The position numbers were made by a program, and so were the translations under genes. From the NCBI GenBank assembly GCA_003056285.1, contig NDWU01000006.1, forward strand, positions 1,543 to 65,542: a stretch of DNA of 64,000 bases, read 5' to 3'. The notes beneath the pieces are model-generated. The model saw only the letters and a program-made list of their open reading frames with translations. It made no database searches and was not told where the DNA came from. This document shows positions 48,193 to 57,489 of the stretch, piece by piece. The stretch comes from Candidatus Terraquivivens tikiterensis (GTDB lineage: Archaea > Thermoproteota > Nitrososphaeria_A > Caldarchaeales > Wolframiiraptoraceae). How positions within the stretch are numbered: position 1 is the stretch's first letter; each line of letters begins with the position of its first letter.

Positions 48193-49084
48193 ATCGGATT
48201 TTACCTGCTGGGGGTGCTGGCTGCCTGAGGGGAAGGTGCTCCCAGTACGAGAGGAACGGAGCGCCGGGGCCAACGGTTTACCGGTTGTCCTACAGGGCAG
48301 AGCCGGGCAGCTGCGCCCCTGCGGATAAGGGCTGAAAGCATCTAAGCCCGAAGCCGCTCCCGAAAATAGGCAGCCAATCCGGAGCTTAGGGCCTGGCAAC
48401 AGGCTCGTGCTCCGGACGAGAGCCCCCGTAGAAGACGGGCTTGATGGGGTGGAGGTGTACGGGCGGAGGCTTTGGCCGGACGCCCTCAGCCTGCCACTCC
48501 CAAAAGCTCGAGTGGCCTAGGAACGTCACGCCGCCTGGGCGAAAACGTCTCCGGCCTTTGGGCGCGGCCTTGTAGTGTGCCGAAGAGAAAGGTAATATGC
48601 TTTGGTTACTTTAACCTTGACTTCCATTTAGCAAACAGGGCTCGACAGCAATTTCTGAACAGTTAACTCCTCATAAAAGTTCAGAGTATACTCTACTGTA
48701 GAAGCGTCACCAATATCCCGTTCAGTCGCTATACGAATGGCGAAGCTAGGAAGCTCCTAGAGGACTTCAGGGACATGTTAACTTCTGCATAGACTATGCC
48801 GTCAAAAAGAGGGTAACGTCATATGCCAAGCTTATGAGGGGCGCATACGTGGATTGGAAAAGGCGCCGGGACTACTCGAATAATCCAAAGGGAAAGATAT
48901 GTGGTGGAAGGTTGGCAGCGAATGGGCATGGGTTAGTAAGGTGTAGCGTGGATACGAGAACGATAGGGATGCTATTGCATGCTTGAACATGATGTAAACG
49001 GCTACCCGGCATATTTTTATTTTTGGAAGATAACTCAAGCTCTAGTATCGTTTGGCAACGTTAGCTGAAAATCCAGCACGCTCC

Positions 49085-49310
49085 AGCGTCTAAAAGCGAA
49101 CGCTTATATTTTCCCTCCAGCTTTTTGTCGTCAGCCCGGGGGCATGTGTTTGGTGAAAAGCATCCAGTAAAGCGAAGGGGGCGTTGGAGCTTAGATGCCG
49201 TATAATGAAAGCCAGCGCAAAGCCCATGACCGTCTAGAGGCGTTAGGCCGGAGAATAAGCCGGAAGTCAACGGGCGGAAGGCCGACGGGCTTACAGCCAT
49301 GGGAAGCTCA
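49085..49310 (+). repeat. copy Y of the duplicated promoter-leader-sORF module (partner 2276-2492, inverted)
   Basis: See copy X. It includes TATA-like gcttatatttt (about 49102-49112) and a conserved ~75-nt leader. Confidence 0.7.
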
Positions 49311-49347
49311 CATAATGCGTACCTACAGCCACGGTGTTAAAGCTTGA
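49195..49347 (+). CDS. 50-aa sORF, conserved N-terminus MxYNESQRKAHDRLEAL, unknown function
   Basis: GGAG lies 6 nt before the ATG. The paralog at 2379 (minus strand) differs by synonymous changes (ttg/tta, agg/cgg, caa/cag) and an in-frame 12-nt indel. The stop overlaps TTG 49344 of the next gene (TTGA). Confidence 0.55.
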   Translation: MPYNESQRKAHDRLEALGRRISRKSTGGRPTGLQPWEAHIMRTYSHGVKA

Positions 49348-49745
49348 AGCCTGTTTGTGAGATAATGGTCAAGCATTTCTTACCCGTTCTGAGGGCCATG
49401 GTAGCCAAGGAGCTTTGCGAAAAGTACGGGATGAAGCAAGAGGAGTCCGCAAGGAAGCTCGGAATCACGCAGGCGGCCATAAGCTACTACCTCTCTGGTA
49501 AAAGGGGTGTTACGACAAGGAGGGGGCTCGCTCATATAGAGGACGACCCTAAAGTCAAAGAGATGGTGAGGGAGTTAGCGAGGTCCATTGCAAGCGGGAA
49601 GGCATCGACGCCCGACGCGATCGGGCTCTTATGCAGGACGTGCATGCTGCTCAGGTCCCGTGGTGATTTATGCCCCATCCATTCAGATGCTGTCCATTCT
49701 TTGGGCAAGGGCTGCAACCTGTGCAAGAACCTCTTCCCTAAGTGA
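49344..49745 (+). CDS. HTH transcriptional regulator with C-terminal Cys/His cluster
   Basis: ..QEESARKLGITQAAISYYLSGKRG.. HTH; C-terminal CRTC...CPIH...C.LC. Confidence 0.75.
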   Translation: MKPVCEIMVKHFLPVLRAMVAKELCEKYGMKQEESARKLGITQAAISYYLSGKRGVTTRRGLAHIEDDPKVKEMVRELARSIASGKASTPDAIGLLCRTCMLLRSRGDLCPIHSDAVHSLGKGCNLCKNLFPK

Positions 49746-50553
49746 CCCCTTCTTCGTTAGCTAACCTTCTGATCTTTATGAAAATTTTTCGTATAGCTAA
49801 CGTGGAATCGGTAAACGGTTGAACGACCAGCAGGGCGCGCCGTCTCCTAAGATAATCCAGGACACGGAAGCCCTCATCCGATAAAGAAAGGACGTACTCG
49901 TCGATTACGTGCTTCGGGAGACAATCCCCAGGATCGTTAACCATCCCCCTCCTAGCGACGTAGGATTTAACCATATCGTTAATGGCGTCCACGACGACAG
50001 GCGTATAGATCGCCGTGCCACCCTCGCTAGGGAGCGAGAGGAAAGCCTCGAGCATGCTCCTCCTGTACACGTGGAACAACGTCATGTTGAAGAGCCCGGC
50101 TATTCGGGCAGACGCTCTCTCAATATTCTCGCAGCCCAGGTACATCGTACCATCGTACACACGCCTGATGGCCCTGGCGTACGCCTCGATTAGCCTTATT
50201 GGGTTCTTGCACAGTTCATGCTGGGATAAGTATGCTGGGTTCCCGGGTACAAGGCACGGTTGCAAGTTTGTGTAGCTTTGGACAATCCGGACAAACTCGT
50301 TAACCCTCCTCTCTGCGTCGGAGCGCCTCACGGATATCGTGGCCACCAGGGTAACGTTCCGTTGCTCCTCTAGAATGGGTTGGAGGTCAGAGGGCATCGG
50401 GTCTGTGCTAGCCCACTCTGCGTCGATAAAGTGCTTACGCACACCGATGGAACTTAGTATCCTGTTGATCTTGGAGAGTAGAAGCAACCTCTGCTCAGCG
50501 TTAGTGGATAGGTGCGAGGGCTTAGTTGCCTTCGCCAGGCGGAAGTCCCTCAC
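49738..50553 (-). CDS. hypothetical protein (271 aa)
   Basis: Long ORF with protein-like composition; no family recognised. Confidence 0.6.
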   Translation of the reverse strand: MRDFRLAKATKPSHLSTNAEQRLLLLSKINRILSSIGVRKHFIDAEWASTDPMPSDLQPILEEQRNVTLVATISVRRSDAERRVNEFVRIVQSYTNLQPCLVPGNPAYLSQHELCKNPIRLIEAYARAIRRVYDGTMYLGCENIERASARIAGLFNMTLFHVYRRSMLEAFLSLPSEGGTAIYTPVVVDAINDMVKSYVARRGMVNDPGDCLPKHVIDEYVLSLSDEGFRVLDYLRRRRALLVVQPFTDSTLAIRKIFIKIRRLANEEGVT

Positions 50554-50653
50554 CTATTCGGAACCAATCCACCTCTCACCATGGAAGCTGCTCCAACATT
50601 ATTTTTAACCAGTATAAAAATTTAAAAAAGTAGTAGGTGTATAATGTTTTAAC

Positions 50654-51103
50654 CTATTTCAAAGCCAGGAGCCTTTTTATCTCAGCTATGTGTTCTTGCT
50701 CATCCATTATGATCTGCCTGACCTCATGCTCCAACTTAAAATACTCGTAGCGCAGGTTGTCCTTTTCTTGTACGATCTTCTTGAGTATCTCGGTATAATA
50801 GTCAACCGCATCCTTCTCGTCCTTCAAATTAACTTCCAGGATTTCCTGTACTGTCTTGGCGGGCTTCGTCTCAGCTATCCCTGTGGAGGGGACTCCGCCG
50901 AGGTAATCGCCTATGAGCGTCCTAAACTTCTCCTGGTGCTTAGCCTCGTCGCTAGCTATCTCCTTCAACCTTTCTATTATGGGCTCACAGTTCAGACCGT
51001 CTACGATTTCTGCATGGCTTAAGTATTGGACGTAGGCGGCATGTTCCAGCTCAAGAGCCTTGTTAAGCATCTTGATCAATTCTTCCTTTGATTTGGATGA
51101 CAT
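50654..51103 (-). CDS. ferritin-like four-helix-bundle protein (Dps/bacterioferritin-like)
   Basis: Paired E..H motifs (LELEHAAY, DEAKHQEKF, LKDEKDAV, DEQEHIAEI). Confidence 0.8.
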   Translation of the reverse strand: MSSKSKEELIKMLNKALELEHAAYVQYLSHAEIVDGLNCEPIIERLKEIASDEAKHQEKFRTLIGDYLGGVPSTGIAETKPAKTVQEILEVNLKDEKDAVDYYTEILKKIVQEKDNLRYEYFKLEHEVRQIIMDEQEHIAEIKRLLALK

Positions 51104-51214
51104 GCATATTTATTCTTAGCATCCACTATTTTAGCTTTTCGTAACGAGGGCATGGGTACCCAATACATAAAATAGAAAGCGTGATTAAAATGCTCGGTAA
51201 AGGTTGGTCGTCGG

Positions 51215-52759
51215 ATGTTCGAGGTCACTGCTAAAGACCTTCTCGGAAGGATAGGCAGGATAGAGACAAAGTCCGGAAAGTTCGAAACGCCCGCGTTCCT
51301 TCCTGTAATAAACCCTGTGAACCAGACAATCCCTGCAAGCGATATTTCAAAGAAGTTCGGGTGCAGGGCGGTAATAACGAACGCCTACATAATTTACAGG
51401 AGGCTCAGGAACGACGCCGTACAAAAGGGCGTGCACGGCATAGTATCGTTTGATGGTATAGTGATGACTGATTCCGGCGGGTACCAGATGCTCGAGTACG
51501 GCGACGTAGCGGTCTCTCCCAAGGAGATTGCTGCGTTCCAAGAGACGATAGGTACAGATATGGCCGTACCGCTTGACGTGCCGACGGGCTTAGTAAACTA
51601 CGAAAGGGCCAAAGAGACTGTAGAGAGGACGCTGGCGAACGTTAAGGAGACCCTCGAAGTACTGGCCAACGGAAGGAAGGCTCTCTGGGCGGCGCCGATA
51701 CAGGGGGGTACGCACACCCAACTGTTAGAGTACTGTGTCTCGAGGCTGACGGAGATGCCCTTCGACTTTTTCGCTCTAGGGAGCCCTACACCCCTCATGG
51801 AGAGCTATATGTTCACTAAGCTGTTTAGGATGATAGCGACCGTGAAGCGGATAATCCCTTCCGAGAAGCCTCTCCACCTATTCGGTGCGGGCCATCCCAT
51901 GCTCATACCTTTTGCCGTTGCAATGGGCTGCGACACTTTTGACTCTGCCAGCTACTACCTTTATGCAAAGGATGGAAGGTACATGAGTAGCTCGGGGACG
52001 CTGAGGCTCTCCATGCTTGATTACTTTCCATGCGAGTGCGAGGTTTGCTCAAAATACACCCCTGAGGAGCTAAGGTCATTACCCGAGGAGGAGAGGGTTA
52101 AGCTTCTGTCGCTCCATAATCTAAGCGTTTGCTTTCGTGAGGTCAAAGAGACAAAGCAAGCGATTAAGGACGGGAGGTTGATGGAGCTCCTTGAGATTAG
52201 GGCCAGATCCCATCCCAGGCTTTATGCCGCCTTTAGGGCCATGCTTTCTGATAAGAAGCTTATAGGGTTGATGGAGCTGCACACGCCAGTATCAAAGCGG
52301 AGGGGGATGAACCTCTTTGACAGGTTTAGCCTGCTTAGACCGGAAGTAAACAGGGTTAGGAATAAGTTGGTGGAGTACGTTCCCGTGAAAAAATCTGATA
52401 CGATAGTTTTAATACCGCAAGTCGGTGGGGAGTACGGAAGCGTAGAGGCTGCCGAGCGTACAGTTAAGCAGAAGTTCCCCGAGGTCGTTGAAAAAACGTC
52501 CTATGGTTTCTTTCTAAACCCTTACGGCGTAGTACCGGCAGAGCTCAAGTTCGTCTATCCGTTTTCACAGACGAATTTTACCGTTTCCTTGCTGACGGAT
52601 GCCAAAGACGACATAGTCGATGCGACCGTAAGGTACGTGGTGGAGCACGGTTACGAGCACGTCATCCTCTTGGACGTTCGAAAACAGTCGTTGAGGGAGT
52701 TGGTCATGCTCACCAAGTCTAGGCTGGAAGAAAAAGGGATAAGGGTGACCGTGGTTTGA
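51215..52759 (+). CDS. tgtA: archaeosine tRNA-guanine transglycosylase
   Basis: GRIGRIETKSGKFETPAFLPVINP.., ..MTDSGGYQ.., zinc site CECEVCSKY..H. Confidence 0.9.
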   Translation: MFEVTAKDLLGRIGRIETKSGKFETPAFLPVINPVNQTIPASDISKKFGCRAVITNAYIIYRRLRNDAVQKGVHGIVSFDGIVMTDSGGYQMLEYGDVAVSPKEIAAFQETIGTDMAVPLDVPTGLVNYERAKETVERTLANVKETLEVLANGRKALWAAPIQGGTHTQLLEYCVSRLTEMPFDFFALGSPTPLMESYMFTKLFRMIATVKRIIPSEKPLHLFGAGHPMLIPFAVAMGCDTFDSASYYLYAKDGRYMSSSGTLRLSMLDYFPCECEVCSKYTPEELRSLPEEERVKLLSLHNLSVCFREVKETKQAIKDGRLMELLEIRARSHPRLYAAFRAMLSDKKLIGLMELHTPVSKRRGMNLFDRFSLLRPEVNRVRNKLVEYVPVKKSDTIVLIPQVGGEYGSVEAAERTVKQKFPEVVEKTSYGFFLNPYGVVPAELKFVYPFSQTNFTVSLLTDAKDDIVDATVRYVVEHGYEHVILLDVRKQSLRELVMLTKSRLEEKGIRVTVV

Positions 52760-52771
52760 CAAGCATCTAGG

Positions 52772-53290
52772 CTAGCTTATGATGCTGCTAATCGGGTTCC
52801 CGTAAACGTTATAGTAGGCAATCTCCTCGAGCTTCTTTCTATTCTTCTTTCCTTTCCTTGCGGGCTTTGCCGGATACCCAAAAGGTGCTACGGTTATCAG
52901 CTTCCACTCTTTTGGGACTTTGAGTATCTGCTTTACCCTTTCCTCGTCGAAGTTTGTTACCCAGCAAGATCCGACCCCAAGAGACCATGCTGCCAGCATC
53001 ATATCCTCCATGGCTCTGGCACCATCGACCTCAGGAAGCTTTGCTTTCTCCGTGAACAACGCAACGGCAAACGCCGCGTTCGCTATGTGTCCGCCAGTTG
53101 GTGTTGTTTTACTCAACAAAGACAACTTTTCTTTATCGTCAACGAGTATGAAACGCCAGGGTTGCGTGTTCTTGGAGCTATGCGCAAGGCGTCCTGCCTC
53201 CAGAATCTTCAGTATTACGTCGGGAGGGACTTTCTCCGGCCTAAACTCTCTTACAGCCAGGTTTGTCCTTATGGCATCCATAACCTCCAT
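52772..53290 (-). CDS. nitroreductase family protein
   Basis: ..NLAVREFRPE..., ..SSKNTQPWRFILV.. Confidence 0.85.
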   Translation of the reverse strand: MEVMDAIRTNLAVREFRPEKVPPDVILKILEAGRLAHSSKNTQPWRFILVDDKEKLSLLSKTTPTGGHIANAAFAVALFTEKAKLPEVDGARAMEDMMLAAWSLGVGSCWVTNFDEERVKQILKVPKEWKLITVAPFGYPAKPARKGKKNRKKLEEIAYYNVYGNPISSIIS

Positions 53291-53401
53291 GGCTCAAACC
53301 CCAGGGCTCTATACATCGAGAAAGATTTATGAGTTGCGTTAAAGCAAAAAACCTTAAAGATTAAGGTTGCCCATCATGGCACACGGCCTCTCTAAAGAAC
53401 G

Positions 53402-54664
53402 GTGTCCGTCATGGAAATAACTTTTCTAGGCTCCGTGGGCGAAGTAGGCAAATCAGCAATACTCATAAAGGCTGGCGGAGCAAGGATTCTGGTGGATTAC
53501 GGTATCAAACCTAACGACGAGCCGGAGTTTCCTGCCCACGTCGCACCCAAGGACTTAGATGCCGTCATAATCACGCACGCACACTTGGACCATTCCGGAG
53601 CCGCCCCCCTGCTGTACATGGATGAGGGGCCGAGGCTTTATTCCACGAGCATGTCCCTTGAAACTTGCGAGATCCTCCTCGAAGACTTTCTCAGGCTATC
53701 TGGCTACTACGTCCCGTATGAGTACCTGGAGGTGGAATACATGTTGGAGAGGGCAAGGAGGGTTTACTACAGGGAGCCGATAAGGGTTAAGGACGTCGAG
53801 ATAGAGTTGTTGGACGCTGGCCACATACCGGGGAGCGCCCAAGTCCTGATAAATTCTGACAAGCGCCTTCTCTTTACTGGGGATATCAACCCCGTAAAAA
53901 CTAGGCTGCTCAACGGTGCCGACACTAGCCAGACGGATGTGGACGTTTTAATCACAGAGTCCACGTACGCTAAGGAGGTGCACGCAGACAGGTACGAGCT
54001 CGAGAAGCGTTTCGTAGAGGAGTGCAACAAAGTAGTCGAGGGTGGTGGCATAGTTCTAGTACCGGCATTCTCCGTAGGCCGGTCTCAGGAAATCCTATGC
54101 ATCCTTACAGCTCACAACTTTAAGCATACGTTATCTACAGACGGTATGGCCGTCAAGCTGTTAGACCTATACCTAAGAAACAGGGAGTTCATCGCAGACT
54201 ACGATCTTCTCTACAAAGCTAGCAGAAGGGTTAACTTCGTGAGCGGCAGGAGGGAGAGGAAGAGGGTGCTGGAGCACCCTGGCGTTATAGTCTGTCCGGC
54301 CGGCATGCTGAAAGGTGGGCCTGCTGCCTACTACGCTCAGCAAATAGCAGACGACGAGTCCTCAGCGATATTCTTGGTCAGCTACCAGATACCGGGAACG
54401 CCTGGGGCCTCGCTGATATCGGAAAGGAAGTTGATGGTTGACGGTAAGGAGAAGCCCGTCAAGGCCAGGGTCGAGCACTTTCTGTTCTCGAGCCATGCAG
54501 GCCAAAAGGAGCTCCACTCCTTCCTAAGGTCCTTTAACCCTGGAACAAAGGTCTTCATGGTCCACGGCGATGCCGATAGCTGCGAGGTCCTAGCCGAGTG
54601 GGCCAGGAGTGAGTGCTCGTTAGACGCCGTGGCCCCTTCGCTAGGGATGAAGTATGAGGTCTAG
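53402..54664 (+). CDS. beta-CASP family MBL ribonuclease (aCPSF2-like)
   Basis: ITHAHLDHSGA, ..DAGHIPGSA.., ..TESTYA.., ..SSHAG.., ..VHGD. Confidence 0.85.
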   Translation: MSVMEITFLGSVGEVGKSAILIKAGGARILVDYGIKPNDEPEFPAHVAPKDLDAVIITHAHLDHSGAAPLLYMDEGPRLYSTSMSLETCEILLEDFLRLSGYYVPYEYLEVEYMLERARRVYYREPIRVKDVEIELLDAGHIPGSAQVLINSDKRLLFTGDINPVKTRLLNGADTSQTDVDVLITESTYAKEVHADRYELEKRFVEECNKVVEGGGIVLVPAFSVGRSQEILCILTAHNFKHTLSTDGMAVKLLDLYLRNREFIADYDLLYKASRRVNFVSGRRERKRVLEHPGVIVCPAGMLKGGPAAYYAQQIADDESSAIFLVSYQIPGTPGASLISERKLMVDGKEKPVKARVEHFLFSSHAGQKELHSFLRSFNPGTKVFMVHGDADSCEVLAEWARSECSLDAVAPSLGMKYEV

Positions 54665-55833
54665 AGGACCTTACGCAGCTTAAGCCCTAAGCTCAACAAC
54701 GCTACGGCCGATATCGAAGAAAGGATGGCTCCGTAGAGAAACGGTGCATGCGTACCGAAGGCCTCCCACAACAATCCTGCGATCGTGCTGGACAGGAGCG
54801 CGGCAACGCTCGTCAGCGCATGGAAGGTCCCGAACGCGGCGCCCCTTGAGCCTTCGGGTGAGAGGTCCGATACCATGGCTCTCTGGTTTCCGTCAAAAAG
54901 CGCGTAGGATATCCCGTAGGCGGCAAAAAGGATGAAGGGCCATACGTTACCCTCCAACGTCGAGAAACCTAAGCATGTTAGGCTGAAGAGGATATAGCCT
55001 AGGAAGAGGACTGGGATCCTGCCTAGCTTGTCCGAAAGGATTCCAAAAGGAAACGCGGATACGGCGTAAGAAACGTTGAACAGCATGTAGAGGATCAAGG
55101 GCAGCACGCCCGCCTCAACACCTTTGGCTGCCTTGAGTATGAAGAACATGTAACTGAAGTTCGATAGCGTGAATAAAGTAGATATGAGTATGAATGCTTT
55201 AAGGCCGTATGGCAGGCCCCTCAGATGAAAGCTCATCCTGTTGGTTTTTGTTTGCGTAGGCCTTTCAACGATCGCTGAAAAAGGTATGAGCGCCAGGAAT
55301 GCCAAGATGGCAGCTATTAGGAAGATGTAGTTGTAGGGCATCATGAAAATCGACGCAGCAACAAACGCCAAGGCTGAGCCCAGTACCGCTCCTGATGTAT
55401 CCATGGCCCTGTGGAGCCCGAAGCCCCAGCCCACCTTCCTCGGGGACACAGAAGCCGACAGAAGGGCGTCCCTAGGAGAGGTCCTTATCCCCTTCCCAGC
55501 CCTGTCGATAACCCTGTAAACCAGAACGTGCTCCCATGCAGAGGCCGCTACGAGCAAAACCTTGGATATGGCTGATGCTACATACCCGAGGAAAGCCAAG
55601 GGCTTCTTTTTTCCTAAAATGTCTGAATAGACACCGGAGAGAAGGTTCCCTAAGCTATTCAGCATGTCCCCTAGGCCGCCGATCAAGCCGACTATAACGC
55701 TCCCGGCGCCCATTCCGACGAGGAAGAGGGGCAGTAGCGGGTGTATCATCTCGCTGCTTATATCCTGAAGGAGGCTAACGATTCCGAGGAGTATGACGTT
55801 TCTGAAGACGACATCGCCAGATCTATCAACCAA
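54661..55833 (-). CDS. MFS transporter
   Basis: About 12 TM segments with an MFS-type loop ..DRAGKGIRTSPRDA.. Confidence 0.85.
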   Translation of the reverse strand: MVDRSGDVVFRNVILLGIVSLLQDISSEMIHPLLPLFLVGMGAGSVIVGLIGGLGDMLNSLGNLLSGVYSDILGKKKPLAFLGYVASAISKVLLVAASAWEHVLVYRVIDRAGKGIRTSPRDALLSASVSPRKVGWGFGLHRAMDTSGAVLGSALAFVAASIFMMPYNYIFLIAAILAFLALIPFSAIVERPTQTKTNRMSFHLRGLPYGLKAFILISTLFTLSNFSYMFFILKAAKGVEAGVLPLILYMLFNVSYAVSAFPFGILSDKLGRIPVLFLGYILFSLTCLGFSTLEGNVWPFILFAAYGISYALFDGNQRAMVSDLSPEGSRGAAFGTFHALTSVAALLSSTIAGLLWEAFGTHAPFLYGAILSSISAVALLSLGLKLRKVL

Positions 55834-55952
55834 CTCGGCCTTCTACCATGAAGGTTTATTATTAAACTTTTGTCGGGGAAGCAGCACAACGTACGCTCTA
55901 CTTTCGACGAGGTCTCAAAGAATTAAACATGGATGGTCGCTCTTAATACGTA

Positions 55953-56381
55953 ATGTCCTCGTTGGAGGATCTCAAGCATAGGATCGAGGCCCTAGAGCTC
56001 GCCCTAAGCACGATCCTAAAGCATGTACCGGAGGTTAAGGTCTCCGTCGAGGTACCAAAGGTCATCCTAGAAAGGAGACCGGTATACGTGAGGATAGGCG
56101 AGGACGAGATCCACGGTAGGATAATCCTCCTGGCCTTGGACGGCTTCCTGGACGAGTGGAGGACGGCTGGTGAGGTTGCATCGGAGCTTCTCAGGAGGGG
56201 CTGGGCACCGAAGGACTTCAAGCAGGTTAGGCCAGCCTTAGAGCACCTAGTATCCCTCGGCTTGCTCGAGAGGGTTATGGGAAGCAGGAAGGGTAGAGGT
56301 AGGAAGGCTAAGTGGTTGTATAGGGCGGTGAGCAACCTGAGGGACCGGGTTAGCGTCCTTGAAAAATCCCGGGATACGTAG
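55953..56381 (+). CDS. winged-helix protein, unknown function
   Basis: C-terminal ..RTAGEVASELLRRGW...VRPALEHLVSLGLLERV.. wHTH. Confidence 0.6.
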   Translation: MSSLEDLKHRIEALELALSTILKHVPEVKVSVEVPKVILERRPVYVRIGEDEIHGRIILLALDGFLDEWRTAGEVASELLRRGWAPKDFKQVRPALEHLVSLGLLERVMGSRKGRGRKAKWLYRAVSNLRDRVSVLEKSRDT

Positions 56382-56469
56382 CGGCTTTGGTAGCGTGGGC
56401 TCTCCAGACAAAGGTAGGTCCCTGTTGCGGACACAAAAAGCTAAAGATGAGGGCTTAGGAGCAAACGGT

Positions 56470-56814
56470 TTATTTTCCATTTTTTGTATATTGAGAGTTC
56501 GTGGGGCCGAAGGTTATAACGTCCCGCTTGATGATCCTTGATATTTTCAACGTTAGCTGATCTAGAGCCTTGATGAATTCTTCTTCGTTCGTTACGACGT
56601 AGTCCCTGGCTTTCTGTATAAGCTCCCTAATCTCCTCAAGCTCCACGACCTTCCTCTGGTGCTTACCCTCGATGATGTTGATTAACCTCTCAGCAGCATC
56701 GATAAGCCTTAGAGGTCCGTAGATCGCCGGCTCATCTACGCAGCCTCGGGCGCTCGTTAGCAGAAAAGCCAACAGTTGAAAGTGTTCATCTTCTGAGATT
56801 TTGGCCATAGACAT
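56470..56814 (-). CDS. hypothetical protein (114 aa)
   Basis: ORF overlaps the upstream nitroreductase gene end (operon-like); no family recognised with confidence. Confidence 0.55.
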   Translation of the reverse strand: MSMAKISEDEHFQLLAFLLTSARGCVDEPAIYGPLRLIDAAERLINIIEGKHQRKVVELEEIRELIQKARDYVVTNEEEFIKALDQLTLKISRIIKRDVITFGPTNSQYTKNGK

Positions 56815-57313
56815 TTAGATGCACCACCTCCTCTATTGGTCTTCTATGCGGCGGCTCCGGCCATCTGGAAGGGTACCCTAAACTAACCATAAGGACGGGC
56901 TCAACCTCTTCGGGTATGCTAAGCAATTCTTTTAACGCTATCTTGTTGAACGATGCTATTGGGCACGAACCGATTCCAAGAGAATAGGCCATCAGCATCA
57001 TGTTTTGAGCGGCCATGGATATGTCCATAACTGCCAAGCTAGGCCCTATCCTTCCAGCCTTTTCACTCCTCTTCTTGTTAAAGCACAAGACTATTAGGGC
57101 CTTCGGAAGGCCGTACAGGCCTGGCGAAACGAGCTTGACCTTCTTGATTAGGCCCGGGTCGTCTACGAGTATAAACTCCCAAGGTTGGATGTTGCTTCCG
57201 GAAGGCGCCCATATCCCGGCCTCCAAGATGGCATAGAGGGATTCTTTAGGTATCGCCTTATCCGAAAAGCTTCGTACGGACCTTCTGCCTTTAATTATTT
57301 CCAGCACGTCCAT
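56786..57313 (-). CDS. nitroreductase family protein (second paralog)
   Basis: ..GRRSVRSFSDK.., ..SGSNIQPWEFILV.. Confidence 0.85.
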   Translation of the reverse strand: MDVLEIIKGRRSVRSFSDKAIPKESLYAILEAGIWAPSGSNIQPWEFILVDDPGLIKKVKLVSPGLYGLPKALIVLCFNKKRSEKAGRIGPSLAVMDISMAAQNMMLMAYSLGIGSCPIASFNKIALKELLSIPEEVEPVLMVSLGYPSRWPEPPHRRPIEEVVHLNVYGQNLRR

Positions 57314-57413
57314 GAATAGAGTCAGAGCGCAGGAGAGTAAATAAACGTTTTAAGAGGAATTCAGAAGGTATAGGAAAAAGATTGATAAATTAGTGGAGAG
57401 GACCTCTTAATGA

Positions 57414-57435
57414 GCCCTGGTAGTATAGTCCGGTC
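57414..57435 (+). other. 5' fragment of a tRNA gene (acceptor 5' strand to D-loop); putative attL
   Basis: GCCCUGG-UA-GUAU-AGUCCGGUC fits tRNA positions 1 to about 21 (U8, A14, G18G19). TATA-like ttgataaatta lies about 27 nt upstream, as at the intact tRNA genes here. It is followed by AT-rich DNA with no anticodon or T arm. Confidence 0.55.
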
Positions 57436-57489
57436 TTTTGTGATAAAAAAGTTATATTAGACTTCCCTTCATAACCTTTTGGGGCTGCT

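Noticed and set aside
48834-49004. 56-aa ORF (MRGAYVDWKRRRDYSNNPKGKICGGRL...) downstream of the 23S gene
   Set aside because: It has only two Cys and no clear promoter or ribosome-binding context. It may be a remnant.
49061-49300. 79-aa minus-strand ORF
   Set aside because: It is antisense to the conserved leader and sORF, and the equivalent frame is closed in the paralogous copy at 2276-2492.
57414-57487. A complete tRNA spanning the fragment to ttggggct
   Set aside because: An acceptor-like pairing is possible only with three G-U pairs. There is no anticodon or T arm, and the interior is AT-rich.
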